NCBI GenBank assembly: GCA_963779415.1
Contig: CAVZYA010000001.1
Span: 96,001 to 160,000, forward strand
Direction of reading: 5' to 3'
DNA from: an uncultured Acidobacteriota bacterium
Lineage (GTDB): Bacteria > Acidobacteriota > Thermoanaerobaculia > UBA5066
DNA: 64,000 nt
This document shows, piece by piece, positions 9,775 through 19,454 of the stretch (positions are counted from its first letter, which is position 1; every line of letters begins with the position of its first letter). Position numbers and translations under genes: made by a program. The notes under the pieces are model-generated. The model made no database searches and was not told the DNA's origin. It saw nothing but the letters and a program-made list of their open reading frames with translations.

Positions 9775-10542
9775 ATGTTCGTCTTCGAGTGGCTTGGCCG
9801 CGGGCTCCTCGGCGTCCTCCACGCCGTCGGCCGCTTTTTCGTCCTCCTCGGCCAGACCCTTCACGGCGCCGTCCGCCCGCCGTTCGCTCCCGGCGCCGCC
9901 GCGCGTCAGGTCGTCCGGGTCGGCGTCGACTCGGTCCCGGTCGTCCTCCTCACGGCCCTCTTCACCGGCGGCGTCCTCGCCCTCCAGACCTTCAAAGGAT
10001 TCTCGCGGTTCCATGCCGAGGCCTACATCGGCTCGGTCGTGGCCCTCTCGATGCTTCGCGAGCTGGGGCCCGTCCTGACGGCCCTGATGGTGACCGGCCG
10101 CGCCGGGAGCGCCATGGCGGCCGAGCTCGGCTCGATGCGGGTGACGGAGCAGATCGACGCGCTCGTCACTCTCGCCACCGACCCCGTCCAGTACCTCTTC
10201 GTCCCGCGCGTCATCGCGGGGATCCTCGTTCTCCCGATGCTGACGGTTCTCGCGGACGCGATCGGGATGGCGGGGGGATACCTCGTCGCCGTGACGTACC
10301 TCGGGGCGAACCCCGTGACGTACGTCGAGAACAGCTTCCAGTTCCTGAACCTCGACGACTTGACCTCCGGCCTGATCAAGGCGGCCGTCTTCGGTGGCCT
10401 TCTCGCGCTGATCGGCTGCCAGACCGGCTTCGACACGAAGGGCGGGGCGGAAGGCGTGGGGCGTTCCACGACACGCGCTGTCGTGGCGGGCTCGCTCGCC
10501 GTCCTGATCGCCGACTTTTTCCTGACGAAGATCCTCTTCTGA
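9775..10542 (+). CDS. mlaE: MlaE family ABC permease
   Basis: RELGPVLTALMVTGRAGSAMAAELGSMRVTEQIDAL; GGAEGVGRSTT. Confidence 0.93.
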   Translation: MFVFEWLGRGLLGVLHAVGRFFVLLGQTLHGAVRPPFAPGAAARQVVRVGVDSVPVVLLTALFTGGVLALQTFKGFSRFHAEAYIGSVVALSMLRELGPVLTALMVTGRAGSAMAAELGSMRVTEQIDALVTLATDPVQYLFVPRVIAGILVLPMLTVLADAIGMAGGYLVAVTYLGANPVTYVENSFQFLNLDDLTSGLIKAAVFGGLLALIGCQTGFDTKGGAEGVGRSTTRAVVAGSLAVLIADFFLTKILF

Positions 10543-11369
10543 TGAGCGCCTCCCGTCCCATCCTCGACCTCACCGGCGTGACGAAGAGCTTCGACGGCAA
10601 GCGCGTTCTCGACCGGCTGGATCTCTCCGTCGCGGCGGGGGAGTCGCTCGTGATCGTCGGCAAGTCCGGGACCGGAAAGAGCGTTCTCCTCAAGCACGTG
10701 ATCGGCCTCCTCGAGCCGGACGCCGGGAGGGTGGAGATCGACGGCGAGGACCTCTGGAAAGTCGGGCGCGTCCGCCGGGACGAGATCCGACGGAAGTTCG
10801 GGATGTCGTTCCAGGAAGGGGCTCTCTTCGACTCGATGTCGGTCGGGGAGAACATCGCCTTCCCCCTCGTCCGGCATACGAAGATGACGCGCGAGAAGAT
10901 CCGCGCGCGCGTGGCGGAATGCCTCGAGCTGGTCCGGCTCCCCGGCCTCGAGGCGAAACGGCCGTCGGAGCTCTCGGGCGGGATGCGCCGCCGCGTCGGC
11001 TTCGCCCGCGCCATCGCGCTCTCCCCGTCGATCCTCCTCTTCGACGAGCCGACGACGGGCCTCGACCCGATCACGACGGACGTCATCGTCGGGGTCATCT
11101 CGGCGCTCGCCCGGCGCCTGAACCCGACGACCATCACGATCACGCACGACCTGAAGGCGGCCTTTGCGATCGCCGACCGGGTGGCGCTTCTCTCGGACGG
11201 ACGGATCCGGGTGGCCCTCCCGCCGCGGGAGTTCGAAGCGTCGGAGGATCCCTACGTCGCCGCCTTCGTCCGGGGGGACAGCCGCCTCGAGCCCGCGCCG
11301 GATCCGGATGTGACGGCCGCCTCTTCCCGTGGGGGGGCCTCCGGGCCGACAATAGGGACGTCTCCATGA
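10542..11369 (+). CDS. mlaF: MlaF family ABC ATP-binding protein
   Basis: GKSGTGKS, FQEGALFDS, LSGGMRRRV, FDEPTTGLDP; ATG overlaps the mlaE stop. Confidence 0.92.
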   Translation: MSASRPILDLTGVTKSFDGKRVLDRLDLSVAAGESLVIVGKSGTGKSVLLKHVIGLLEPDAGRVEIDGEDLWKVGRVRRDEIRRKFGMSFQEGALFDSMSVGENIAFPLVRHTKMTREKIRARVAECLELVRLPGLEAKRPSELSGGMRRRVGFARAIALSPSILLFDEPTTGLDPITTDVIVGVISALARRLNPTTITITHDLKAAFAIADRVALLSDGRIRVALPPREFEASEDPYVAAFVRGDSRLEPAPDPDVTAASSRGGASGPTIGTSP

Positions 11370-12808
11370 GCACGACGGCCAAGATCGGCGCCTTCTTCCT
11401 CGTCGTCCTGATCGCGGCGGGAATCCTCATCCTCCGGATCGAGGACATCGCCATCGGAAAGAAGGCGAGAACCCACGCCGTCGAGGTCCACTTCGCCGAC
11501 GTGGCGGGGCTCGACGACAAGTCTGCGGCCCGGATCGCGGGCGTCCGCGTCGGGAAGGTGGACGGCATCCGTCTTCTCCCGGACGGCTCGGCCGTCGTCC
11601 GGATCGCCCTCGAGGGGGACGTCGAGCTTCGTCAGGGGGCGACCGGGCAAATCCGGGCGATGGGCCTCCTCGGCGACAAGTACGTCGACCTCTTCCCCGG
11701 GCCACCGTCCGGAGCGAAGCTCGCCGACGGGACGCGGATAGAGGGAAACGTTCCTACCAGCCTCGACGAGCTGACGTCGCTCGCGGGGGACATCGGGAAG
11801 GACGTCAAGGAGCTGACGTCGGCCCTTCGCGGCTCGCTCGGCGGGCGCGAAGGAGAGGAGAAGCTGAACCGGATCGTCGACAACATCGGGCGCCTCGCCG
11901 AGTCGCTCGCCCAGATGGTCGAGGCGAACCGGCTCAACGTCGACGCGACGCTCAGGAACATCCGTGAGTTCACCTCCGGGCTGAACGCCACTCTCGCGCG
12001 GCTCGACCGGATCCTCGACGAGAACCGGGGAAGCCTGAAGGGGACGATGGCGAACACGGACGAGCTTTCGGCGAAGCTGAAGACGACGGCGGACAACCTG
12101 AACTCCATCACCCAGAAGATCGACGAGGGGAAGGGGACCATCGGCAAGCTCGTCAACGATCCGGAGACGGCCCAGAACCTCAACGACACGCTGAAGTCCG
12201 TGAAGTCCGGCGTCGACCAGCTGAACACGACGCTGACGCAGGTGAACAAGCTGGAGCTGCAGTTCGGCTTCCGCGGGGAATACGGGACGCGCAACGGGGC
12301 CGGGAGCGGTTTCTTCACCCTCGACATCATGCCGCACGAGAACCGCTTCTACCGGTTCGAGCTGGTCACGCCCGCGAACGGGCGGCGGTACGACGAGGCG
12401 CAGACGGTCACGATCCTGAACCCCGACGGAACGCAGACGACGACCCAGTACGTCACCACGAGTTACAAGGACCAGCTGGCCATCTCGGCGCAGATGGGGT
12501 GGCGGCATCGACGACACGATCCTCCGCGCCGGCCTCATCGAGTCGCGAGGCGGCGTCGGCATCGACCAGATGCTCTGGGGGGACCAGGTCCGGCTGACGG
12601 GCGAGGTCTGGGATTTCAACAGGTCCACCTTCCGCCCGCAACATGAAGATGTACGGGCGTTGGGTGCCCGGGAAGAACTTCTTCGTCACGGCGGGCGTGG
12701 GCGACCTTCTGAATCCGTCGGAGCGGTCGCTCCTCGCTCGGTGCGGGCTTCAGCTGGACGGACGAGCGGGTCAAGACGCTCCTGGGAACCGCGACGGTCT
12801 TCCGGTAA
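11366..12808 (+). CDS. mlaD: MlaD/MCE family protein with helical region (apparent frameshifts near 12500, 12640 and 12740)
   Basis: TM anchor, VAGL...RIAGVRVGKV, GLLGDKYV, GKGTIGKLV; C-terminus reconstructed to WTDERVKTLLGTATVFR* (TAA 12806-12808). Confidence 0.82.
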
Positions 12809-12809
12809 T

Positions 12810-12871
12810 CGGGGGGTGCGTCGTCCGTCTCCGCCGGTGGGACGCCGGGTTCGCACCCCCCGGCCCCCCCT
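12810..12871. repeat. G-tract hairpin, REP-like element, copy 1
   Basis: CGGGGGGTGCG (12810-12820) pairs with CGCACCCCCCG (12852-12862), followed by GCCCCCCCT. Confidence 0.6.
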
Positions 12872-12899
12872 GACCCTCGCGATCAGGTAGCCTCGCCTC

Positions 12900-14264
12900 G
12901 TGGCCAAGAAACAAATCTCGGTATTCGCCTGCACGGCATGCGGGGCGCAGGCCCCGCGCTGGCTCGGACGCTGCCCGGAATGCGGCGCGTGGAACACGCT
13001 CGTGGAGGAGCGAGCGGCCGCGTTGGCGGACGGCAAGGCGCGCCCGGGCGGCGCCGCGTCCGCCGTCCCGCTCGCGGGCGTCGAGGCGTCGGATCTGCCG
13101 CGGATTCCGACCGGGATGCCCGACGTCGACCGGGTGCTCGGCGGCGGCCTCGTTCCCGGCTCGGTCGTCCTTCTCGGCGGAGAGCCCGGCATCGGAAAAT
13201 CGACGCTCCTCCTCCAGGTCGCGGCGAGGCTCTCGATGCGGATGGGCCCCGTCCTCTACGTCACGGCCGAGGAGTCGGCTCGGCAGGTCCGGATGCGCGC
13301 CGACCGGCTGGGGATCGGAGGGGCCCCGGCGGCCGGCATCTTCCTTCTCCCGGAGACGGACCTCGGGAGGATCCTCGACGTCGCCCTTGCGGGGAAGTTC
13401 GGCGCCGTCGTCGTCGACTCCATCCAGACGATCGCCTCGGATGAAACGGCCGGAGCCCCGGGCTCCGTGGGACAGGTGCGCTCCTGCGCGGGGCGGCTTC
13501 TCTCCTTCGCGAAGACGACCGGAACACCGGTCTTTTTGATCGGACACGTCACGAAGGACGGGACGCTCGCGGGCCCGAAGGCGCTGGAGCACCTCGTCGA
13601 CGCCGTCCTCTCCTTCGAAGGGGAGCGCTTTCACTCCCAGCGCGTCGTCCGGGCGCTGAAGAACCGCTTCGGGCCTGTCCACGAGCTGGGGGTCTTCGAG
13701 ATGTCCGGCACGGGGCTGACGGAGGTGGCGAACCCGTCGGCTCTCTACCTCGGCTCGGGAGCGGGGGCGAGGCCCGGCTCGGCGGTTCTCGCGGGGGTCG
13801 AGGGGACCCGGCCGCTCCTTCTGGAGGTTCAGGCGCTCACGGTCGAGGTGAAATACGGGACGCCGAGGCGGACGGCGATCGGATTCGACGGGACGCGTCT
13901 CGCGCTTCTCCTCGCGGTCCTCGAGCGGCACGGGGGGATGAAGCTCTCTTCCTGCGACGTCTTCCTGAACGTGGCGGGGGGCGCGGAGAGCGCCGAGCCG
14001 GCCGCCGACCTCGCCGTCTCGGCGGCCGTCGCGGGAAGCCTCCGCGGCCGGGCCCTCCCCCCCGCGACGGTCGTCTTCGGCGAGATGGGGCTTCTCGGCG
14101 AGATCCGCCCGGTCTCGGACGTCCCTCTCCGCCTGAAGGAGGCCGTCTCTCTCGGCTTCAAGGGAGCCATCCTCCCCGCGGGGAACGCCTCCGAGGCCGC
14201 GGCCTTTCCCGACCTCGCCGTGACGCCGGTCCGGTCCGTCGAGGAAATGCTGACGCGGCTCTAG
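12900..14264 (+). CDS. radA: DNA repair protein RadA/Sms
   Basis: C4 Zn finger CTACG...CPECG, GEPGIGKST, KNRFG, Lon-like C-terminus. Confidence 0.97.
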   Translation: MAKKQISVFACTACGAQAPRWLGRCPECGAWNTLVEERAAALADGKARPGGAASAVPLAGVEASDLPRIPTGMPDVDRVLGGGLVPGSVVLLGGEPGIGKSTLLLQVAARLSMRMGPVLYVTAEESARQVRMRADRLGIGGAPAAGIFLLPETDLGRILDVALAGKFGAVVVDSIQTIASDETAGAPGSVGQVRSCAGRLLSFAKTTGTPVFLIGHVTKDGTLAGPKALEHLVDAVLSFEGERFHSQRVVRALKNRFGPVHELGVFEMSGTGLTEVANPSALYLGSGAGARPGSAVLAGVEGTRPLLLEVQALTVEVKYGTPRRTAIGFDGTRLALLLAVLERHGGMKLSSCDVFLNVAGGAESAEPAADLAVSAAVAGSLRGRALPPATVVFGEMGLLGEIRPVSDVPLRLKEAVSLGFKGAILPAGNASEAAAFPDLAVTPVRSVEEMLTRL

Positions 14265-14270
14265 CCTCCT

Positions 14271-14471
14271 TCAGGCCGGCCGCGGGCCGCCGAGGATCCG
14301 CGCGGGGAGGAAGATCAGCGCCTTCACGACGGCGAGAACGCCTCCGACCGCGATCCCGACGAGGTGGAACGGGAGCAAGAGCAGCCAGACGAACGGGTAG
14401 AGGACCAGCCCCAGGAGCGCCAGCGGCCAGCAGAGGACGAGGAGGATGAGCCAGAGAAAGAACTTCGCCAT
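14271..14471 (-). CDS. Small hydrophobic membrane protein (66 aa)
   Basis: Almost entirely hydrophobic; GGAGG RBS upstream; fills the gap between radA and rubrerythrin. Confidence 0.65.
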   Translation of the reverse strand: MAKFFLWLILLVLCWPLALLGLVLYPFVWLLLLPFHLVGIAVGGVLAVVKALIFLPARILGGPRPA

Positions 14472-14601
14472 CGCGGGCCTCCGGGAGGTGTTACGGGCGG
14501 CTCCGGCAGAGGTTTCGTTTTCGCTGATCCCATTGCATCATGGCCCCGGGCGAAGGGGCATGGGAAGGTCCGCGGGGAACGCTCCGGGAGGAGACGCGAA
14601 G

Positions 14602-15120
14602 ATGAAGACTCTCGACCTGACGAAGATCGACCTGAGAGACGCCCTCGACCTCGCCAGCCTGATCGAAGACGAGGCGAAAGAGCGGTACGAGGAGCTGGCC
14701 CATCAGATGGAGCTGCACCACGATGCCGACGTCGCCCGGTTCTTTCACTTCATGGCCAAGAACGAAGCCCGTCACGGCGAGGAGCTGGCCGAGCGGCGAG
14801 CGCGACTCTTCCCGAGCCTGCCGCGCCGGGTCGACCGCTCGATGATCTGGGATGTCGAGGCACCCGCCTACGAGACCGTCCGGGCCTTCATGTCGCTGAA
14901 GGAGGCCCTCGAGGTGGCGCTCGCGGCCGAGGTCAAGGCCTTCAACTACTTCTGCGAGGTCCTGAAGTCCATGCCCGAGGGGGAAGTCAAGAAGCTCTTC
15001 GAGGAGTTGAAGGAAGAAGAGGTCCACCACCAGAACCTCGTCAAGCTCGAGATGGCAAAGCTCGGGCCCGAGGAGAAGTTCACGACCGAGGACTTCGCCG
15101 ACGAGCCGGTCGGGCACTGA
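14602..15120 (+). CDS. Rubrerythrin/ferritin-like diiron protein
   Basis: Two E...ExxH helix pairs (IEDEA/NEARH and AEVKA/EEVHH); GGAGGAG RBS before ATG 14602. Confidence 0.85.
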   Translation: MKTLDLTKIDLRDALDLASLIEDEAKERYEELAHQMELHHDADVARFFHFMAKNEARHGEELAERRARLFPSLPRRVDRSMIWDVEAPAYETVRAFMSLKEALEVALAAEVKAFNYFCEVLKSMPEGEVKKLFEELKEEEVHHQNLVKLEMAKLGPEEKFTTEDFADEPVGH

Positions 15121-15132
15121 AGCCCCGGGCGT

Positions 15133-16033
15133 TCAGACCCCGGCGAAGCGCTCCCCGGTGAGGGTTTCGAAGGCCTCGACGTATCGGGCATAGGTGCCCG
15201 CGACGACGTCCGGAGGGAGGGGGGGCGCCGGTGGCGATTTGTCCCAGCCCGACTTCTCCAGCCAGTTGCGGAGAAACTGCTTGTCGTAAGAGGGGGGCGA
15301 GCCGCCGGGATGCCAGCTCTCGCGCGGGCCAGAAGCGCGAGGAGTCCGGGGTGAGCGCCTCGTCTATCCAGACGAGCCGGCCGCCGTCGTCGAGGCCGAA
15401 CTCGAACTTCGTGTCGGCGAGGAGGATCCCGCGCGACTCGGCGAAGGCCGCCGCCCGCGCGTAGATGCCGAGAGTCAGCTCCTTCAGCTTCGCGGTCAGC
15501 TCCTCGCCGAGAACGTCGGCCATGCGGGAGACCGGGATGTTCTCGTCGTGCCCGCTCTCGGCCTTCGTGGCCGGCGTGAAGATCGGCTCGGGGAGCCGGT
15601 CGGATTCGCGAAGCCCCGGCGGCAGGCGGTGGCCGCAGACTTCGCCGCTCACCCGGTAGTCCTTCCAGCCCGAGCCGGCGAGAAAGCCGCGTGCCACGCA
15701 CTCGAACGGGATCACGCGGCACTTCCGGACGAGGACGCCGCGCCCCTGAAGAAGCGCTTTCTCGGCGTCGAGAGGAGCCGGGAAGCGGGCCGCATCGGTC
15801 TCGATCAGATGGTTCGTCACGACACTCTCGAACTTCCGGAACCAGAAGGTCGAGAGGCGCGTCAGGAGGACGCCCTTGTCCGGGATGCCCGGCGAGAGGA
15901 CGACGTCGAACGCCGAGATCCGGTCGGTGGCGACGATCAGAAGCTTGTCGCCGAGATCGTAGACGTCCCGGACCTTTCCGCGTCGCGGCGGGGGGAGTCC
16001 GGGGAGGGAGGTCTGGCTGACGGGCTCGTGCAT
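15133..16033 (-). CDS. purC: SAICAR synthase (apparent frameshift near 15300)
   Basis: [41 protein letters not shown]; tail [10 protein letters not shown] in the shifted frame ends at TGA 15133. Confidence 0.93.
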
Positions 16034-16039
16034 GCGCGG

Positions 16040-16061
16040 AGTCTAGCCCGCGCGCTAGACT
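16040..16061. promoter_or_regulatory. Back-to-back TAGACT -10 boxes for divergent purC and pepA
   Basis: Perfect inverted repeat AGTCTAGC-N6-GCTAGACT; the minus-strand box lies 6 nt from the purC ATG. Confidence 0.6.
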
Positions 16062-16098
16062 TCGCGGGTCTCCGGAATCCGACTCTCGAGGAGAACAC

Positions 16099-17636
16099 GT
16101 GAAGCTTCTGAGCCCTTCCAGAACGAAACGCTCCCGTCCGGACGCCCTCGTCGCCTTCTGCCTTTCCGGAAAGGAAGGGGCGCCCGACTTCGGAACGTTG
16201 CCGAAGCCTCTGGCCGAGGAGGCCGCGCGGCACGCGCCGGCGAAGATCGGCGGCGACGGCACCTCCTGCACGATCCCTCTCGGCGACGCCGGATCCGCGC
16301 GCCGCCTCTATCTCTTCGGCGCCGGAAAGAGCGCAGAGATCTCCCCGCGAAAGGCTCGCGCCCTCCTCCGGACGACCCTCAGGGCCGTCGCCAAGAACGG
16401 CGAAACGTCGGCGGAGGTCGACTTCCCGTTCCGGTTGCAGCGGATGGACGCGGCCGAGAGCCGGGACTTTCTCCTCCGGAACCTGGCCCTCGCCGACTAC
16501 GACTTCAAGACCTACAAGTCGGGAGACAAGGAGCCCTCGCCCCTCGTCTCCGCCTGGTTCGCCCCGGACCGCGGCCCCTGGAAGGGGATCGATCCGAGAA
16601 CGGCGGCGAAGGAAGCTGCGGCGGCCGGGGCGGTGGTCCTGGCGGCCGAGCTGGTCCGGGAGATGGGGAACACGCCCCCCTGCGACATGACGCCGTCGAT
16701 TTTCGCGGCCCGCGTCGAGGAGGAGGCCGGGAAGCGGAAGCTGAAACTCACTATTCTCGACCGGGAGGCGATGAAGGCCGAGAAGATGGGAGGGCTCCTC
16801 GCCGTCAGCCGCGGATCATCGGAGGAGCCCCGCCTCGTTGCGCTGGAATATCGGGGCGGGAAGAAGGACGACCCGCCCGTCGCTCTCGTCGGCAAGGGGG
16901 TCACGTTCGACGCCGGCGGCATTTCCCTCAAGCCGGCCGAGAAGATGGGGGAGATGAAGTGGGACATGATGGGCGCGGCGACGGCGGTCGGAACCGTGCT
17001 GGCGGCCGCCGACCTGAAGCTCCCCGTCAACCTCGTCGCGATCGCGCCGCTGACCGAGAACCTCCCGTCGGGCTCGGCCTACAAGCCCGGCGACATCGTC
17101 CGCTTCCGGAACGGGAAGACCGCCGAGATCGACAACACCGACGCCGAGGGGCGTGTCATCCTGGCCGACGCGCTCGACTACGCGAAGGAGTGGAAGCCGA
17201 AGGCGATCGTCGACTACGCGACCCTCACCGGTGCGGCGCTCGTCGCCCTCGGTCTCGAGGCGGCTATCGTCTTCACCGCGGACGACGACCTCTCCCGCGA
17301 GCTGGTCTCGGCCGGCGAGCGGACGGACGAGCGCCTCTGGCGCCTCCCGCTCTGGGAGGACTACAAGGAGAACATCAAGTCCGACTGGGCCGACGTCAAG
17401 AACACGGGGGGCAAGTGGGGGGGTCGATCAACGGCGCGATGTTCCTGAAGGAGTTCGTCGACGCGAAGACGCCCTGGGCACACCTCGACATCGCGCCGAC
17501 GGCGAATTACGACCACGAGTACGCCGGGTACGCACCGGGGGCGACGGCCTTCGGTGTCGCCCTGACGCTCCGGTGGCTGAAGGACCGCCTCGAAGGGCGC
17601 AAGCGGGGCCGCCGGCCGGCGCGCCGCCGGGCCTGA
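16099..17636 (+). CDS. pepA: Leucyl aminopeptidase, M17 (frameshift in G-run near 17420)
   Basis: VGKGVTFDAGGISLKP, MKWDM, NTDAEGR; tail GSINGAMFLKEF...WAHLDIA in the next frame. Confidence 0.93.
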
Positions 17637-17641
17637 CCGGG

Positions 17642-19391
17642 TTGCTCGCGTCCCTCCGCGTCCGCGACCTCGCCGTCCTCGAGGACGTGGAGGTCTCGTT
17701 CGGGGAGGGGCTGACCGTCCTGACCGGCGAGACGGGAGCGGGAAAGTCGCTCGTCGTCGACGCCCTTTCGCTTCTCTCGGGCGACCGGGGCGACGCCACG
17801 CTCGTCCGCGCCGGAGCGGAGAAGCTCGTCGTGGAGGGGGCCTTCGACTCCGACGACGACGCCGTCCGCGAGGCGCTTTTCGAGGCCGGCCTTCTCGACG
17901 GGGAGCGCGGCGCGGCCGACGGCGTCGTCATCCGGCGCGAGGTGGCCTCCGGCGGAAAGGGGCGTCTCTTCGTGAACGGCTCGCCGGCGGTCCTGAAGAC
18001 GCTCGCGGAGATCGCCCCGCGCCTCCTCGTCCTCTACGGGCAGGCGGAGGCGCGCGAGCTTCTCGACCCGTCGGCGCCGCGGGAGCTGCTCGACCGGTAC
18101 GCGGGACTTTCGGAAGAGGTGGCGCGGACGGCGGGGTACTACCGGACGTGGCGCTCCCGGGAAACGGATTGCTCGCGCCTCCGCGCGGCGGAGAGCGACC
18201 GGGCGCGCAAGCTCGACCTTCTCGAATTCCAGATCCGGGAGATCGACGCGGTAAGGCCCGAGGAAGGAGAAGACCAGGAGCTTTCTTCTGAGAAAGGAAA
18301 GCTCGCGAACGTAGAGAAGAGTCGGGACCCTGCTCGCACAGGCCGTGGAGGCGTTGGAGTCCGAGGAGAACGGCGCCATTCGCGCGGCTTCGTCGGCGCG
18401 GCGCGCTTTTCTCCTTCTCGAAGAAATCGACTCGTCGTACGGTGCGCGAGCCGCGAGGGTCTCCGAAGCGATCGAGACGCTCAGCCAGGCGGCTCTCGAG
18501 GCCTCTCGCGACCTCGAAAGGCTGCAGGCTGACCCTTCCCGCCTCGCTTTCGTGTCGGAGCGTCTGGACGCGCTCGCGCGCCTGAAGCGGAAGTACGGCG
18601 CGACGCTTTCGGACGTCCTCCGCTTCCGGGAGGAGATCGGGAAGGAGCGGGCCGAGCTTTCGGATCTGGAAGGGGCGGTCGTCAAGGCCGAAAAGGCCGC
18701 GCGCGAGGCGTTCGACATCTACCGGAAGGCGGCCCTGGAGCTTTCCGCCGCGAGGGCGGCCGCGGCCCCGCGCCTCGCGAAGGCGGTCCGGTCCCATCTC
18801 TCCGACCTCGCGTTTCCGAAAGCGGCCTTCGACGTCTCCGTGTCGCGAAAGCCGGACGCGGAGAGCCCTTTTTCGGCCGGGGGCGAGCGCGTCGCCTGTG
18901 CGGCACACGGCATCGACGCCGTCTCCTTCTCGTTCGCCCCGAACCCGGGCGAGCCGGCGCGGCCGCTCCCGAAGATCGCTTCGGGAGGGGAGCTGGCGCG
19001 CGTCCAGCTCGCCCTCGCGGCGTCGCTCGCGGAGGAGGAGATCCGGCTCGGGGGCGGGCGTCCGCGGCGCGGCGGCCCGGTCCGGACGTTCGTCTTCGAC
19101 GAGGTGGACGCCGGGGTCTCGGGCGCGACGGCCGAGGCCGTGGGCCGGAAGCTCCGGTCCCTCTCCCGCCGCGAGCAGGTCCTCGTCGTGACGCACCTGC
19201 CGCAGGTCGCGGCGGCGGGGGAGCGGCATCTCCTCGTGACGAAGGAGACGTCGGCGGGCCGGACTCGAACCCGGGTCGCCGAGCTGGATGAGAAGGGGCG
19301 GATCGAGGCGATCGCCGGGATGCTCGCGGGAACCTCGGTCGGTCCGGCCGCCCGCGCCCAGGCAAAGCAGCTCCTCGGCGGCCGGAGCTGA
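17642..19391 (+). CDS. recN: DNA repair protein RecN (frameshift near 18320)
   Basis: TTG start, LTGETGAGKS, IASGGELARV, FDEVDAG, VTHLPQVAA. Confidence 0.92.
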
Positions 19392-19454
19392 AGCCGGCAC
19401 GAAGCCAGCGGGAATTTCGAGACCGGTTCGCTACAATCAATTTCGGGGCAAATT

